The position numbers and the translations under genes are program-made. From Planctomycetota bacterium (GTDB lineage Bacteria; Planctomycetota; PLA2), in NCBI GenBank assembly GCA_021776735.1, contig JAJFFH010000024.1:87744-151743 (forward strand): a DNA stretch of 64,000 nt, given 5' to 3'. Below are positions 1 through 10,682 of the stretch, piece after piece. Under the pieces are notes generated by a model. The model was not told where the DNA came from. It was given only the letters and a program-made list of their open reading frames with translations, and did no database searches. Within the stretch, counting starts at the first letter, position 1; each line of letters opens with the position of its first letter.

Positions 1-1
1 T

Positions 2-157
2 CCGGGAGAACGCGGCGCGGGTTGGATCGGCACGCTGAACGCGGGTCTGACCTACGCCATCGACGAGGACACACAGATCGACCTGGGCACGTTCGTCGGC
101 CTCAGCCGCGAAGCGGACGACCTTGTCGTCTTTCTTGGAATAACGCGTCGGTTTTGA
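2..157 (+). CDS. 3-prime end of a gene truncated by the window edge; the C-terminal peptide ...GLSREADDLVVFLGITRRF ends in Phe like outer-membrane beta-barrel proteins
   Basis: Open frame running from the window start to TGA at 155-157. A terminal aromatic residue is typical of OMP C-termini. Only a fragment is visible. Confidence 0.3.
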   Translation, partial: PGERGAGWIGTLNAGLTYAIDEDTQIDLGTFVGLSREADDLVVFLGITRRF

Positions 158-387
158 ATTCGGAACTCGCCGACAGCCCGCATTATTCATGGCCACGTGG
201 AGTATCGGCCCGATGCAGACGCGCAGAAACAATCCTTAGACGGCACCGGCGCCGCTCACGCATTCCGGTCGTTTGTTCTGGGCGAGGACAGATCGGCGAG
301 GTCAAGGAACGACGACGAAGGCGGCTCGGAGGAGCCGTCTAGGAGGAGAGACGCAGAGATCGGCGATATGGACCGGCCAGAACCCGC

Positions 388-900
388 GTGGTCGTGAATA
401 ATGCGGGCTGTCGGGATACTCAAAGCATGGTTTCTCGTGATGCCGATGCGGCGGTCGTGCGAATTCCGCCGCCGCTGGTCTACCTTGCAGCGCTCGGCCT
501 CGCCCTGGTGCTTCATGTCTTCCTGCCGTTCCGGCTCGCGCTCCCCGTGCCGGTGCGCATCGGGGGCGCGGGTTTGATCGGTGGCTTTGGCGTCGCATTG
601 GTGCTCGTTGCCGTTGGCGCGTTTCGCCGCACCGGACAGAGCCCGAAGCCGTGGAAGACAACGCCGGAGTTCATCGCCACCGGGATGTATCGCGTCTCGC
701 GAAACCCGATGTATGTCGGCATGGGGCTGGTCCTCATAGCCCTCGGCATCGGTCTGGCGAACGGCTGGATTCCTGTTTTGGTGCCCGCCGTGCTTGTGGT
801 CGTTCACCAAACCGCAATCCGTCCCGAAGAAGCCTACCTGGAAAAAAAGTTCGGCGACTCCTACCGCACATACAAACACCAAGTGCGCCGCTGGCTCTAG
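388..900 (+). CDS. isoprenylcysteine carboxyl methyltransferase (ICMT)/phospholipid methyltransferase-family membrane protein
   Basis: Multi-TM hydrophobic protein with the ICMT-family signature ...YRVSRNPMYVG... near the C-terminus. An alternative start lies at ATG 427. Confidence 0.65.
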   Translation: MVVNNAGCRDTQSMVSRDADAAVVRIPPPLVYLAALGLALVLHVFLPFRLALPVPVRIGGAGLIGGFGVALVLVAVGAFRRTGQSPKPWKTTPEFIATGMYRVSRNPMYVGMGLVLIALGIGLANGWIPVLVPAVLVVVHQTAIRPEEAYLEKKFGDSYRTYKHQVRRWL

Positions 901-920
901 ACATCGCCGTCCGTTTGCTG
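901..920 (+). repeat. copy of the dispersed motif (ACATCGCCGTCCGTTTGCTG; reverse complement of the core ACGGACGGCGAT at 903-914)
   Basis: Exact 12-mer plus the shared GCAAAC flank. Begins 1 nt after the ICMT stop, in the convergent intergenic region before the trkH end. Confidence 0.8.
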
Positions 921-1095
921 TTGGCTCTTTTCCTTCTCCGGGCCCCTCTGTGATTGTCTTCCTGACACGGATCACGTCGCGGTCATGCGCGGGACACGCG
1001 CGCGTGGCATCAGCAAGCGCTACGTCTACATGGGCGTCGGTCGGGAACGTTTACGATTCGGCGAGGTCGGGATCGGGGTCCGCTTCGCGGACGGG

Positions 1096-2568
1096 CTAGT
1101 CGCGCCAGGAGATCGTGCGTACGACCTCGGGGTGGAGGAGCACGAGCACGGTCATGACTTCCAGGCGGCCGATCCACATGTTCAAGAAGAACAGGAGTTT
1201 GCTGGCGGTGTGGAGATCGCCGAAGGATTCCATCGGGCCGAGTGCGCCGAAGCCGGGGCCGATGTTGCCCAGGGTTGCGATCGAGCCCGAGAAGCCGACG
1301 GCCATGTCGCCCTCGATAACGCTGACGGCGACCGCGACGATCGCGAAGATGACGAGGTAGGCGACGAAGAAACTCACGATCTGTCGAATCGTGTCGTTTT
1401 GGAGTGGACGACCGCCGACGCGTACGACCTTGAAGGCGCGGGGGTGGACCGAGCGCAGCACTTCGCGGGAGAGGAACTTCGCCATCACGATGTGGCGGAT
1501 GATTTTGGGGCCGCCGCCGGCCGATCCGGCGCAGCCTCCGGCGAACATCAGCGCAGCGAGGATCGCGAGCGCGGACGCGGACCAGAAATTGAAGTCCTCG
1601 CTGGCGTAGCCGGTCGTCGTGACGATGCTGAGCGATTGGAACAGGCCGTGGCGCACGGACGCCTCGAAACCGTGGCCGGGGCTTCCGGCGATCACCACCG
1701 CGAGGCACAGGCCCGCGAAGATCGTGACCGCCGCATAGACGCGGAACTCCGTGTCGCGCCGAAGCGCACGCGGGCGCTTGAGGGCGCGGTATTGCAGGGT
1801 GAAGCTCGCGCCGGCAATGAACATGAACACGATCACGATCCACTGCGACGCGGCCGAATAGCCGTCGAGGGAGCGGCCGTGCGGACTGAACCCACCGGCG
1901 GCCAGCGTCGTGAACGCGTGGCAGACCGCATCGAACACGGACATGCCCCCCACCGTTGAAAGCAGCAGCGCCTGCACGGCGGTCAGCGCGATGTAGAGGC
2001 GCCAGAGCGCGGCCGCCGTCTGGCGGATGCGCGGGGTCAGCGACTCCTCCTCCGGGCCGGGCGCCTCGGAGAAAAACATCTGCCGGCCGGCGACGGCGAG
2101 CGCGGGCAAGACGGCGACGAACAAGACGATGATGCCCATGCCGCCGAGCCACTGCGTCATGGCGCGCCAAAACAGGAGGCCGTGGCTGAGCACGCTCTGT
2201 CGGTCGGCGCCGTTGAAGTGTTCCGAGGAAAAGATCGTCGAGCCCGTCGTCGTGAAACCCGACATGGTCTCGAACAGCGCGTCGATCCACGAGAATCCCT
2301 GCTGCATGTATGGCACCGCGCCAAACGTGCTTACGAGCAGCCACGACGCGGCGACGACCGCCATCGCTTCGACGCGCGCCAGCGTCGGGGCGCGACCGCT
2401 CCGCGCAAGCGCACGACCGAGGACGTAGGCGGCGACGGCGGTGATCGCGAATCCGGCGGCGCCGTCCGGCCGGCCGTAGTACAGATCGACCGCGGCCGGA
2501 ACGAGTAGGAGCACCGCAAACGGGCGCAGGATCTGCCCGAGCACGCGAAGAACGCGAGCGCACCTCAC
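1096..2568 (-). CDS. trkH: TrkH/KtrB-family potassium uptake membrane protein
   Basis: 490 aa polytopic protein with repeated GFTTTG / TTTGYASEDF selectivity-filter-like motifs and SEHFNGADRQS. 4-bp overlap with the upstream trkA. Confidence 0.9.
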   Translation of the reverse strand: MRCARVLRVLGQILRPFAVLLLVPAAVDLYYGRPDGAAGFAITAVAAYVLGRALARSGRAPTLARVEAMAVVAASWLLVSTFGAVPYMQQGFSWIDALFETMSGFTTTGSTIFSSEHFNGADRQSVLSHGLLFWRAMTQWLGGMGIIVLFVAVLPALAVAGRQMFFSEAPGPEEESLTPRIRQTAAALWRLYIALTAVQALLLSTVGGMSVFDAVCHAFTTLAAGGFSPHGRSLDGYSAASQWIVIVFMFIAGASFTLQYRALKRPRALRRDTEFRVYAAVTIFAGLCLAVVIAGSPGHGFEASVRHGLFQSLSIVTTTGYASEDFNFWSASALAILAALMFAGGCAGSAGGGPKIIRHIVMAKFLSREVLRSVHPRAFKVVRVGGRPLQNDTIRQIVSFFVAYLVIFAIVAVAVSVIEGDMAVGFSGSIATLGNIGPGFGALGPMESFGDLHTASKLLFFLNMWIGRLEVMTVLVLLHPEVVRTISWRD

Positions 2569-3929
2569 GGCACCGGCTCGAACAGGGCCGCGCGCACCTC
2601 ATCAACGCGCTCGGCCCTGCAGATCACGAGACACCGGTCGCCCGGCCCGACCAGCGTCGCGCCGCCGGGCACCAGGGCATCGTCCTTGCGCACGAGCGCC
2701 GCAATGATGGAGTCCGGCGGCAAGACGACCTCCTTGAGTGCCGTGGGCGTGAACGTCTCGGGCACGGTCAGCTCCAGGACCTCGCCCTGGCCCTCGCCCA
2801 GCGTCGCCAACAAATCGACTTCGGCATGCTGGATGGAGTGCAGCACGGCTTCGGTTGCGGCACCACGGGCGGACAGCGGCACATCGATCCCGACGCGCTC
2901 GAAAACACGGCGGTTTTGCGAACTCGAAACGCGCGTCACGACCTTCGGGATGCCAAGCTGCCGGCCCAGTAACGAGGCGAGCAGGTTTTTTTCGTCGCTG
3001 TCGGTCACCGCGACCAGTGCGCGCGCGTGGCGTACGCGTTCGGTCTCGAGCAGGTCGAGGTCGCAGCCGTCGCCGTGCAGAACCAGGGTCCGCGAAAGTG
3101 CGTGCGCGACATGCGCGCAGCGGTCGGCATCGTGTTCGATCAACTTGATCCGCACGCGCGGATTGCGCTCCATGGACCGTGCCAGGCGCAGCCCGACGGT
3201 GCCGCCGCCGACGATGACGACCTCGCCGCCCTTGTCGCCACCAAGGTGGCGCGCCGCCCACGCCGCGAGCTGCTGCATCGCATCGGCCCGCCCCATGAAC
3301 AGCACGCGGTCACCCGTGGTCAGAATGCTCTGCCCGCGGGGTACGAACCACTCGTCGCCGCGCGTCACGCCGACAATCAACACGCCCGGAGGAAGCACGC
3401 GCAGATCCGCAAGGGGCCGATCCACCAGGGGCAGCTCGCCGGTAAGCCGGTACTCGAGCAGGCCGATCCGACCGCCCGCGAACGAACCCACGTCGGTCGC
3501 GCCGGGCACGGCGAGCACCTTTTCGATCTTGTCCGCGAGCATGCGCGCAGGCCAGATGAGCCGGTCGATCCCGAGCTGCGGCGCGCCGCTGACCACGCCG
3601 CCGTCCCCCGCGGCAAACGTGCGGACGTACTCCTCCTTGCCCACAAAGCAGATCGTCTTGGGCGAGCCCAGACGCCGCGCCGTGAGGCAACTGAGGATGT
3701 TCATCTCGTCCGAACGCGAGCAGGCAATCAGATAGTCAGCCTTCCCCGCACCGGCACGCTCGAGCACGTCGGCGTCGTTGCCGGCGCCCTCGAGCAGCTC
3801 CACGTCGAGTTTCTCAAGCTCGCCCCGCCCGTCCTCGCCGTCGTGCACGACCGACACGTCATGGTTGACGCTCAACTCGGCCGCGAACTGCCGGGCGACG
3901 TTCCCGTTGGACACGAGCACTATGCGCAT
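2565..3929 (-). CDS. trkA: TrkA potassium transporter peripheral NAD-binding subunit (two RCK_N/RCK_C modules)
   Basis: 454 aa with two Rossmann GxGxxG segments (VLVSNGNVARQ..., VVIVGGGTVGLRLA). Operonic with trkH. Confidence 0.9.
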   Translation of the reverse strand: MRIVLVSNGNVARQFAAELSVNHDVSVVHDGEDGRGELEKLDVELLEGAGNDADVLERAGAGKADYLIACSRSDEMNILSCLTARRLGSPKTICFVGKEEYVRTFAAGDGGVVSGAPQLGIDRLIWPARMLADKIEKVLAVPGATDVGSFAGGRIGLLEYRLTGELPLVDRPLADLRVLPPGVLIVGVTRGDEWFVPRGQSILTTGDRVLFMGRADAMQQLAAWAARHLGGDKGGEVVIVGGGTVGLRLARSMERNPRVRIKLIEHDADRCAHVAHALSRTLVLHGDGCDLDLLETERVRHARALVAVTDSDEKNLLASLLGRQLGIPKVVTRVSSSQNRRVFERVGIDVPLSARGAATEAVLHSIQHAEVDLLATLGEGQGEVLELTVPETFTPTALKEVVLPPDSIIAALVRKDDALVPGGATLVGPGDRCLVICRAERVDEVRAALFEPVP

Positions 3930-4092
3930 CGGGGCGGATGCTATCAGCTACGAAATCTGCCCGGCGGATTTCGATAGGGGCCGGGGTTCGGCTTCGCCGC
4001 CCGAACGGCCATGAGCATGAAGAGGAACATGAACAGGAACTCCCCTGCGGGAAATGATCCTGAGTTCGTCTTTGGGGGGGCGGGGGCGTGGG

Positions 4093-4112
4093 ACATCGCC
4101 GTCCGTTTGCTG
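4093..4112 (+). repeat. copy of the dispersed motif (ACATCGCCGTCCGTTTGCTG; core at 4095-4106)
   Basis: Exact 12-mer with the GCAAAC flank, in the intergenic region upstream of the trkA start, beside a G7 tract. Confidence 0.8.
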
Positions 4113-4141
4113 TGGTCCTCGTCCGCCGGGTAAGCGCGCGG

Positions 4142-5242
4142 TTATCTCAGCTTGTCGGCGGCGGCGCTTGCTTGTTCGCGCCAGTACGGGTCCGGGACGT
4201 TTTTGACGGCCTCTCTTGCTTGGGCGTAGGCGGCCTTGGCTGCGTCTTGGTCGCCGCAGGAGAGGTGGGCGTGGCCAAGGATCAGATAGACCTCGGCCTT
4301 GAGTTGGGGCTGTTGGAAACCGCAGCGGCGGAGCACCTTCAGCGCCTGCGCGCGCACGTCCGTGGCCGGCGCGTTCGTTCTCGCCTTCTCGGCGAGGAAC
4401 CCGCGCATCTCCACGCACGCCATGCGCAAGGCCGTCCGCTCGACGACCAGCAATTCGTCCGGTCCCAGGTCCGACCGTCCGCCGGTGAGGCGGCCGGACA
4501 TGTCGTCGCGAAACGTGGCGTAGTCATAGAGTCCCGCGGCGGCCAAGAACGCCTCGGAGCCGACGACGTAGGTCTCGTACTGCAGGAGGAGTGATCCCTT
4601 TTCCTTCCTGATCGCGTGGTGGATGGCGACAAGCGAGGTCATCATCCGGTCCTGAAGTTTGCCCGGACCCGTGGCCAGGATCACGCGGGCCAGTTCCAAG
4701 TGAACCCGGGCGCGTTGGCGGGATCCCGGATACGCCTTGAGAAACGCGCGTAACTGCTTCTCGGCGTCCGGCGCCTTTCGACGCGCGGCCACGACCGCCC
4801 GCCACGCGACCGCGCACTCCTTGATCCACGCGTTGGCGCCGTCCTTGGCGTACCGATCGAGCACCACCGCCGCTTTCTTGAGGTTGCGTCCGTGCCGCGC
4901 GTCGCGGCGCGCGGCAAGAAGATCTTTTTGCTCGGGCCCCTCGCGGACCAGTTCATCGATCCGGCGAAACGGAATGCGGAACGTCTTGCCGTTCTTGTCG
5001 CGCACAGTGGCGACGCCGTCGCTCTCGGACACGACTTCCTTGAGGCGGTCCACCTTCCAGTTGCCAAAGCGGTCCAGCCACGTCACACTCCGAAACGCCG
5101 GCGGCCCTGCGCCCCCCTTCTCACCACCGCCCGCTTCATCACCATGGACAAGACCGCCGGGCAACGCCGCCAGCCCCAACAGGACCGGCAGCAAAAACAG
5201 GAGCGAGACGCGCACGCCCACTACTATAGTCGCGGATGGCAC
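4142..5242 (-). CDS. hypothetical secreted/periplasmic protein with N-terminal signal/TM segment
   Basis: 366 aa ORF. Hydrophobic N-terminus [16 protein letters not shown] and a helical, TPR-like C-terminal half. No recognisable catalytic motif. Confidence 0.55.
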   Translation of the reverse strand: MPSATIVVGVRVSLLFLLPVLLGLAALPGGLVHGDEAGGGEKGGAGPPAFRSVTWLDRFGNWKVDRLKEVVSESDGVATVRDKNGKTFRIPFRRIDELVREGPEQKDLLAARRDARHGRNLKKAAVVLDRYAKDGANAWIKECAVAWRAVVAARRKAPDAEKQLRAFLKAYPGSRQRARVHLELARVILATGPGKLQDRMMTSLVAIHHAIRKEKGSLLLQYETYVVGSEAFLAAAGLYDYATFRDDMSGRLTGGRSDLGPDELLVVERTALRMACVEMRGFLAEKARTNAPATDVRAQALKVLRRCGFQQPQLKAEVYLILGHAHLSCGDQDAAKAAYAQAREAVKNVPDPYWREQASAAADKLR

Positions 5243-5571
5243 TTGAGACGTTTTCCAATCCCCGTCCGGAACGCGACTACGACATCGTGATCGAGTCCCC
5301 GGAGTTCACGTCGGTCTGCCCCAAGACCGGGCTGCCGGATTTCGGGACGATCACGATCCGCTATGTGCCCGACCAGCTCTGCATCGAACTGAAGTCGCTG
5401 AAGTACTACCTCCTCGACTACCGCAACAAGGGCATCTTCTACGAGGCGGTCGTGAACACGATCCTGGACGACCTCGTTGCGGCGTGCGCTCCGCGGCGCA
5501 TGGAGGTCACCGGCGCATTCACTGCCCGCGGCGGTATCACGACGAATGTTGTGGCCCGCCACCCGGCGTAG
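5236..5571 (+). CDS. queF: NADPH-dependent 7-cyano-7-deazaguanine (preQ0) reductase QueF, unimodular type
   Basis: 111 aa with the catalytic Cys context [12 protein letters not shown] and the QueF motif ELKSLKYYL. Confidence 0.9.
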   Translation: MALETFSNPRPERDYDIVIESPEFTSVCPKTGLPDFGTITIRYVPDQLCIELKSLKYYLLDYRNKGIFYEAVVNTILDDLVAACAPRRMEVTGAFTARGGITTNVVARHPA

Positions 5572-6427
5572 CCGGCATGGCCGGGCTGACCGGACCCGCG
5601 TAGGTGTTGAGAAACAGCGCGCCTTCCGCGCGTTCGCGCAAGAGCACGGCCAGCGTCTTCGCGGTGTAGGTCGGCTCGACAAGAAGCCCCGCCGCGCGCG
5701 CGGCTTCCATGGCGGCGTCCACCGCGGGCGTGGTCTCGCCGTACGCGCCTTCGCCCTTCACGACGCGCAGCCGGACGGTCTTGCGCGGCCGGGGCAAGTC
5801 GGGATTGCAGCGCCGCGCCAGACGCGCCGCCCGCCGCGCGCGCCCCTTCAAGCCCGGCGGCGACGGCGCCACGCGCACGGCCACGATCTCGGTCGTCACG
5901 CCGCGCAACATGAAGCCCGCCAGGAGCCCGCTCACGGTCGTTCCGCTACCGAGCGGCACATAGATGCGCTCCGGGACGGGATCGATCTCGAACGCGGCCT
6001 CGACATAGCCGAATGCGCCGCGCGCGGACGCCCCACCGGGCGGGATGATGCGCGTCCCGGGCCTCCAAAGCATCGCCGTCCGTAGCAGGGCGCTCAAAAT
6101 TCCGCCGACCTCCACGATGCGCGCGGCGACTTTGGGAAGCGCGCGGTACGCACCCGTCGGTTGCCCCCGGCTGATGAGGATCACGTCGCAGGGTGCCGGC
6201 GCGTGCACGGCGGTGGCGTAGGCGTGGTGGGCGGAGAGAGTGCTATAGGTCAAGAAGCGTACGGACGGCGATGCCATCAGGAACTGGAGGGCACGCGGCT
6301 TGTTGCCGGCGTAGTTCGGGCAGCAGCGATCCTCGCGCTTGACAAGGAAATCGAGGCCGGCGACCGTCACGGGCTCGACGGGGGTCGGCCGGACGCCGAG
6401 GTCGAGCCGAGCCGCGTTCAGGCGCAT
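5537..6427 (-). CDS. PLP-dependent enzyme of the ACC deaminase / D-cysteine desulfhydrase family
   Basis: Carved from the C-terminal 296 aa of the 930-aa shadow ORF: ...[18 protein letters not shown]... and the Gly-rich PLP loop [17 protein letters not shown]. Start ATG at 6427 (alternative 6442). Converges on and overlaps the queF 3-prime end. Confidence 0.7.
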   Translation of the reverse strand: MRLNAARLDLGVRPTPVEPVTVAGLDFLVKREDRCCPNYAGNKPRALQFLMASPSVRFLTYSTLSAHHAYATAVHAPAPCDVILISRGQPTGAYRALPKVAARIVEVGGILSALLRTAMLWRPGTRIIPPGGASARGAFGYVEAAFEIDPVPERIYVPLGSGTTVSGLLAGFMLRGVTTEIVAVRVAPSPPGLKGRARRAARLARRCNPDLPRPRKTVRLRVVKGEGAYGETTPAVDAAMEAARAAGLLVEPTYTAKTLAVLLRERAEGALFLNTYAGPVSPAMPATPGGGPQHSS

Positions 6428-6506
6428 CCCGTTCTGGCGCATTCGGGGGAGGATACACCCGGGTACACTGCCCGCCGTGCGTGTCACGATCGACGATCCG
6501 CCGACG

Positions 6507-6809
6507 ATGAACATCCTCGGCCTTTTTCTGGCCTCCTCCCTGCGCCGCAACCTGATCGAGCGCGGGCGTTCCTGCACGCTGACTGGCGTGCTCGCGATCG
6601 ACGCCGACGGCATGCACGCCGCGGTCCGGTTTGAAAAGGACGGCGTAACCGTGACGCGCCAGGAAGCCGAGCCGCGTACGCGCATCGCCGGGCCGCTGTC
6701 GCTGCTGGTCGGCGCCCTTGTGCGGCCCCGGCTCGGGACGCTGTTGCGCATCAAGGTGCGCGGCAGCCGATTGTTTGCTCTTCGCGCGCTCAGGTTCTTT
6801 GGCGCATGA
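6507..6809 (+). CDS. SCP2 sterol-carrier-like domain protein
   Basis: About 100 aa, MNILGLFLASSLRRNL...GVLAIDADGMHAAVRFEKDG...LRIKVRGSRLFALRALRFFGA. ATGA overlap with the downstream FAD oxidase. Confidence 0.6.
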   Translation: MNILGLFLASSLRRNLIERGRSCTLTGVLAIDADGMHAAVRFEKDGVTVTRQEAEPRTRIAGPLSLLVGALVRPRLGTLLRIKVRGSRLFALRALRFFGA

Positions 6810-8191
6810 GGGCTGCGCTGGTCGATATCTTCGGCACCGAATCGGTGTCGGACGACGGCGCCGATTACGCGGGCGACTGGACCGAGAACGCACCGGCCAT
6901 GCCCGCGTTCGTCGTGCGCGTATCGCGCGAGGAGCAAATCCCGCAACTGCTCGCGCTGGCCAACGAGCGCCGCATCCCGATCACGCCCCGCGTCGCGGGC
7001 ACCAACAGCGGCGGCCTGGCGATTCCATCGGAGGGTGGCATCGTGCTCGAACTGGGCGCGCTTGACTCGGTCGCGATCGACCCCGTGCACATGATCGCGT
7101 GGATCGGGCCCGGCGTGACCTGGGAGCGGCTCAAGGCAGAAACCGCTGCGCATGGTCTCCGGCTGGGGTATCCCCTTGCACCGCCGGACACGTCGGTCCT
7201 TGCGTGCGCGCTGATGGACGGGCTCAGCACGATGTCGCTCTCGCACGGCTCGCTCGGCGACTGGGTGCTCGGCGTCGAGGCGTACCTTGCGGACGGCACG
7301 AAGGTCAAGACCGGGAGCGCGGCCGCGAGTGGCCTGCCGTGGCCCTTGAGCCGAGGTCCCCTGCCGGACCTGACCGGACTGTTCGTCAACTGGCTCGGCA
7401 CGACCGGCATCACCACGCGGCTGGCGCTCACGCTCTGGCCGCTGCGTTCGCACCGGCGGCGCGACATGATTCCGTGCGTCCGCAACGAGGATGCGTTCGA
7501 ACTCATGCGAACGGGCGCACGCACGGGCCTGTTCGACGACATCGCCGGCATCGGCTGGCCGGGTGCGAAGTGGGCCCTCGGTCTCGACGAACTTGGACCG
7601 CGCGACCCCGCGGAACCATCGCAATACGTCATCGCCGACTATGGCGCGGACACCGAGGCGGAGATCGAACTCAAACACAAGCGCCTGGTCGAGCTGGCGC
7701 CGGTCGCACCGGTCCCGGTCGCCGACCTCGTGGCGCTCGCGCCGGAACTCGAGCCGTTCTCGGACCTGCCCACGCGCCTCGATTTCCTCCTGGACCACGA
7801 AGGCGGCGGCCTGACGTGGGTCGGCACCTACGGACCCCTGGACAAGCTCGAAGAGGGCGCGGCGCTGGGCGAGGCGATTCTCGCGGAGGCGGGCTTCCCC
7901 CCGCTGACTGTGACTCGGCCGATGAAGGGCGGCCACTACGCCGTCCTGCGCATGATCGAGCGGTTCGACCGCCGCAGCGAGGAAGAGACGGCCCGGGTGC
8001 GAAAGGTCAATATCAAGGTCGGGCGTGCACTGATGGAACTCGGATACGTCCCCTACAAGTGCCCGGCGGTGCTGTACGACGAGCTCTTCGCGCGCCTCGA
8101 CCCGGGCTTTTTGAAGCTCCTCAACACCGTGAAGCGCGCGGTCGATCCCAACAACATTTTGAGTCCCGCCCGCTGGCGCTTCGACCGGTAG
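6806..8191 (+). CDS. FAD-linked oxidase (PCMH-type FAD-binding domain; GlcD/alkyl-DHAP-synthase-like)
   Basis: 461 aa with the FAD-binding segment ITPRVAGTNSGGLAIPSEGGIVLEL. Confidence 0.8.
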   Translation: MRAALVDIFGTESVSDDGADYAGDWTENAPAMPAFVVRVSREEQIPQLLALANERRIPITPRVAGTNSGGLAIPSEGGIVLELGALDSVAIDPVHMIAWIGPGVTWERLKAETAAHGLRLGYPLAPPDTSVLACALMDGLSTMSLSHGSLGDWVLGVEAYLADGTKVKTGSAAASGLPWPLSRGPLPDLTGLFVNWLGTTGITTRLALTLWPLRSHRRRDMIPCVRNEDAFELMRTGARTGLFDDIAGIGWPGAKWALGLDELGPRDPAEPSQYVIADYGADTEAEIELKHKRLVELAPVAPVPVADLVALAPELEPFSDLPTRLDFLLDHEGGGLTWVGTYGPLDKLEEGAALGEAILAEAGFPPLTVTRPMKGGHYAVLRMIERFDRRSEEETARVRKVNIKVGRALMELGYVPYKCPAVLYDELFARLDPGFLKLLNTVKRAVDPNNILSPARWRFDR

Positions 8192-8270
8192 AATCGGGAC
8201 AGACCAGGCTGAGCTGGGCGTCGCGGCTCCGGCGTCCAAGAACCCGACAAACCAAGAAGAGGAGACCGAC

Positions 8271-9077
8271 ATGAGCGACAGTGCCCAATCTGACCATGGC
8301 AGATTCGTCTGGGACGACCTGATGACCACCGACCGCGACGCCGCGGCCGCGTTTTACAGCGAGCTGCTGGGCTGGAACATCAAGGCCATGCCCGTTGAGG
8401 GCATGGGCGAGTACCACATGATCCACCGACCGGTCGCGGACGGAGACGACGAGGGCCTCGGCGGCATCGTGCAGCTCGAGAAGGAACACGGGCTGCCGTC
8501 ACACTGGATCAGCTACGTCGCCGTGGACGATGTCGATGCGACGTGCGAGCGCGCGGCGGCAGCGGGCGGCAAGACCTGCGTGCCCCCCACCGATCTCCCC
8601 AACATCGGGCGCTTCGCCGTGATCGAGGACGGAGGCGGCGCGTACATCTCGCCGTTCAAGACCGCGCACGGATACCTCCCGGAAGCCGATGGTCCGCCGC
8701 CGGACAGTTCGGTTTGCTGGCACGAGCTGATGACCAACGACGTCGCCAAGGCCAGGACGTTTTACTCCGAGGTCTTCGGCTGGAAGCCGACCGACATCGA
8801 CATGGGCCCCGCGGGCACATACACGATTCTCAAGCGCGGCGACAAGGACGCGGGCGGAATCATGCAGATGCCGGAAGCTGCTGCCGGCACACCGCCGCAC
8901 TGGCTCGCCTACATCGCGGTCCCGAACGTCGATGAGGCCACGGCCAAGAGCACGGCGCTGGGCGGCAAGACCTTCTGCCCGCCGACCGACATCCCGAACA
9001 TCGGCCGCTTCTCGGTCAACGCCGACCCGACGGGCGCAGTGTTCGCCTTCTTCAAGGGCGCTTCGACGAAGTGCTAG
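8271..9077 (+). CDS. VOC (glyoxalase/bleomycin-resistance/dioxygenase) family protein, two tandem domains
   Basis: 268 aa internal duplication (FYSELLGWNIK... / FYSEVFGWKPT...; ...HW[IL][SA]Y[VI]AV[DP][DN]VD... twice). Confidence 0.8.
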   Translation: MSDSAQSDHGRFVWDDLMTTDRDAAAAFYSELLGWNIKAMPVEGMGEYHMIHRPVADGDDEGLGGIVQLEKEHGLPSHWISYVAVDDVDATCERAAAAGGKTCVPPTDLPNIGRFAVIEDGGGAYISPFKTAHGYLPEADGPPPDSSVCWHELMTNDVAKARTFYSEVFGWKPTDIDMGPAGTYTILKRGDKDAGGIMQMPEAAAGTPPHWLAYIAVPNVDEATAKSTALGGKTFCPPTDIPNIGRFSVNADPTGAVFAFFKGASTKC

Positions 9078-9615
9078 GACCAGCCCCAACCCAAGCGGGC
9101 GCTCCGTCGTCGCCAAGCCGGCGCGCCACGTCGAACACGTCGAGGTAACCCTTGAGGTGCAAGCCGTGGCGCGCCAATTGAATCAACGGCACGACGAGCG
9201 TGAACCACCAACGCCGGCGCACGTACGCCCCGAACGGATCGACGTGTGCCTGCACCCGGTCGTCATCCCACCCCGCAAAGTGCTTGAGATGCAGCGACGG
9301 TCCGAACGTCCGCTCGCTCGCCTCCCACCGACCGTTTTTCTCGCTAAGCCGGAAAGGCTTGCCGCGCCGAAGCGCGTCCGCGCGAAGGCGGGACGGCGAT
9401 GTTTGCAGGGCAGCGCGCAGCGCCTCGACGTCCGTGCAGCGAAAGTGGAGCTTGCCGGGCTCTGAACCGTCCTCGCGCGCGACAAAACGCCAGAGATCGC
9501 CCATCTTGTACCGGCAATTGAGCACCGTCTGGCGCATCTCGGGCGTCGCGCCCAAAAACCACGCGTCGTCGTAGCCGGGCCGGGCAAGATCGGAGAGGTT
9601 GTGAATAAGTCCCAT
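9052..9615 (-). CDS. hypothetical protein
   Basis: 187 aa ORF with reasonable composition and no motif I recognise. Overlaps the VOC gene 3-prime end by 26 bp (convergent). Confidence 0.4.
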   Translation of the reverse strand: MGLIHNLSDLARPGYDDAWFLGATPEMRQTVLNCRYKMGDLWRFVAREDGSEPGKLHFRCTDVEALRAALQTSPSRLRADALRRGKPFRLSEKNGRWEASERTFGPSLHLKHFAGWDDDRVQAHVDPFGAYVRRRWWFTLVVPLIQLARHGLHLKGYLDVFDVARRLGDDGAPAWVGAGPSTSSKRP

Positions 9616-9857
9616 CGTAAGGCCCGAGGGCGAGCGAGGACACGCTAGGTACGGAACGCCGACGAGTCGTATCTGGACGATACGCCGAGGACGGCGCGAC
9701 GCAGCCCGATTCTGAAAGAATCGGGGCGGGCGCCGAAGGCGACCGACATAGCGCAGCCGCAGCCGGCCGAAGCCAGAGGGGGTTTATTCACAGCCTCGGC
9801 GGGCCGCACGCAGGCAGTATGCCCGAAACCCGGGCGCAGGCGACGGGTTCAAAGCAC

Positions 9858-10571
9858 ATGAAGGCTGCTGCGGCATTGCCCATGATCCTGTCCGCGGCCG
9901 CCCTCGGCGGCGTGTTGGTGCTGTTTGCCGCGGGTCCCGAGGCAGCCCCTCCGCGCCGCGAAGCCGAGCCCGCAACGCCGATCGGTGTGGCCTCCATTAC
10001 GTCCCGCATCGACGAACTCGAAAGGGAGATCGACGAACTCGAGCGAGAGGTCGCGCGCCTGCGCAAAGCCGCCGTGGTAACAGTGCCGGCGGCGCAGCCG
10101 GAAAGAACGCCGCTTGAGGAGGCGCGCGCCACGCCGGAACCGACGGCGGACGATAACGCCCGCGACACGAAGCCGAAGCCTAAAAAGGACGCCGGCGCGG
10201 ACCGCCGCAAGCGCCGCGAGGAGGCTCTGGAGCGTCGCCGCACCGAGCAGCTGCAGCGTCTCGTCGATGACGACAAGATCACGTCGATGACGGACGATCA
10301 GCGCCGCAAGCTCGACAAGACCCTGGAGGGCGCGCGCGAGAAGTTCGCGGAGGCATTCGGCGTGCTGCGCGTGGATCCGAAGATCAAGGAAATGTCGCGC
10401 GAAGAGCGCCGCGAGGCGATGCAGGCCGAGATGAAGCGCGTGCGCGAAGAGGTGGTGCTCGAGATGGAGGCCTACCTGCCCGCGGAGGACGCCAAGATCA
10501 TTGCGGAAACGATGCTGCGCCGCGGCAACAATCGCCGCGGCCGCGGAAACCGCCGCCGCCGAAACGACTAG
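9858..10571 (+). CDS. secreted/membrane-anchored coiled-coil protein with Arg-rich tail
   Basis: Start at MKAAAALPMILSAAALGGVLVLFAAG (signal/TM). Long charged coiled-coil (ELEREIDELEREVARLRKA...), ends RRGNNRRGRGNRRRRND. Confidence 0.55.
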   Translation: MKAAAALPMILSAAALGGVLVLFAAGPEAAPPRREAEPATPIGVASITSRIDELEREIDELEREVARLRKAAVVTVPAAQPERTPLEEARATPEPTADDNARDTKPKPKKDAGADRRKRREEALERRRTEQLQRLVDDDKITSMTDDQRRKLDKTLEGAREKFAEAFGVLRVDPKIKEMSREERREAMQAEMKRVREEVVLEMEAYLPAEDAKIIAETMLRRGNNRRGRGNRRRRND

Positions 10572-10682
10572 GGAAATCTGCACGGAACGGGGATCCCCTG
10601 GCCAACTTGTAGCGATACGACCGGGCACATTTCCCGAGCATGAGCCGGAGCGCGCTGAAGGACCGACAGCGCGTCGTCGCGA

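Noticed and set aside
1010-2605. 531-aa minus-strand and 324-aa plus-strand ORFs overlapping trkH
   Set aside because: Alternative-frame and antisense shadows of the clearly recognisable TrkH membrane protein.
5537-8329. 930-aa minus-strand ORF spanning the PLP enzyme, SCP2 and FAD-oxidase region
   Set aside because: Only its C-terminal 296 aa (5537..6427) look like a real protein (ACC-deaminase-family motifs). The rest is Arg/Ala/Gly-rich low-information sequence antisense to the well-supported SCP2 and FAD-oxidase genes: a GC-driven shadow ORF.
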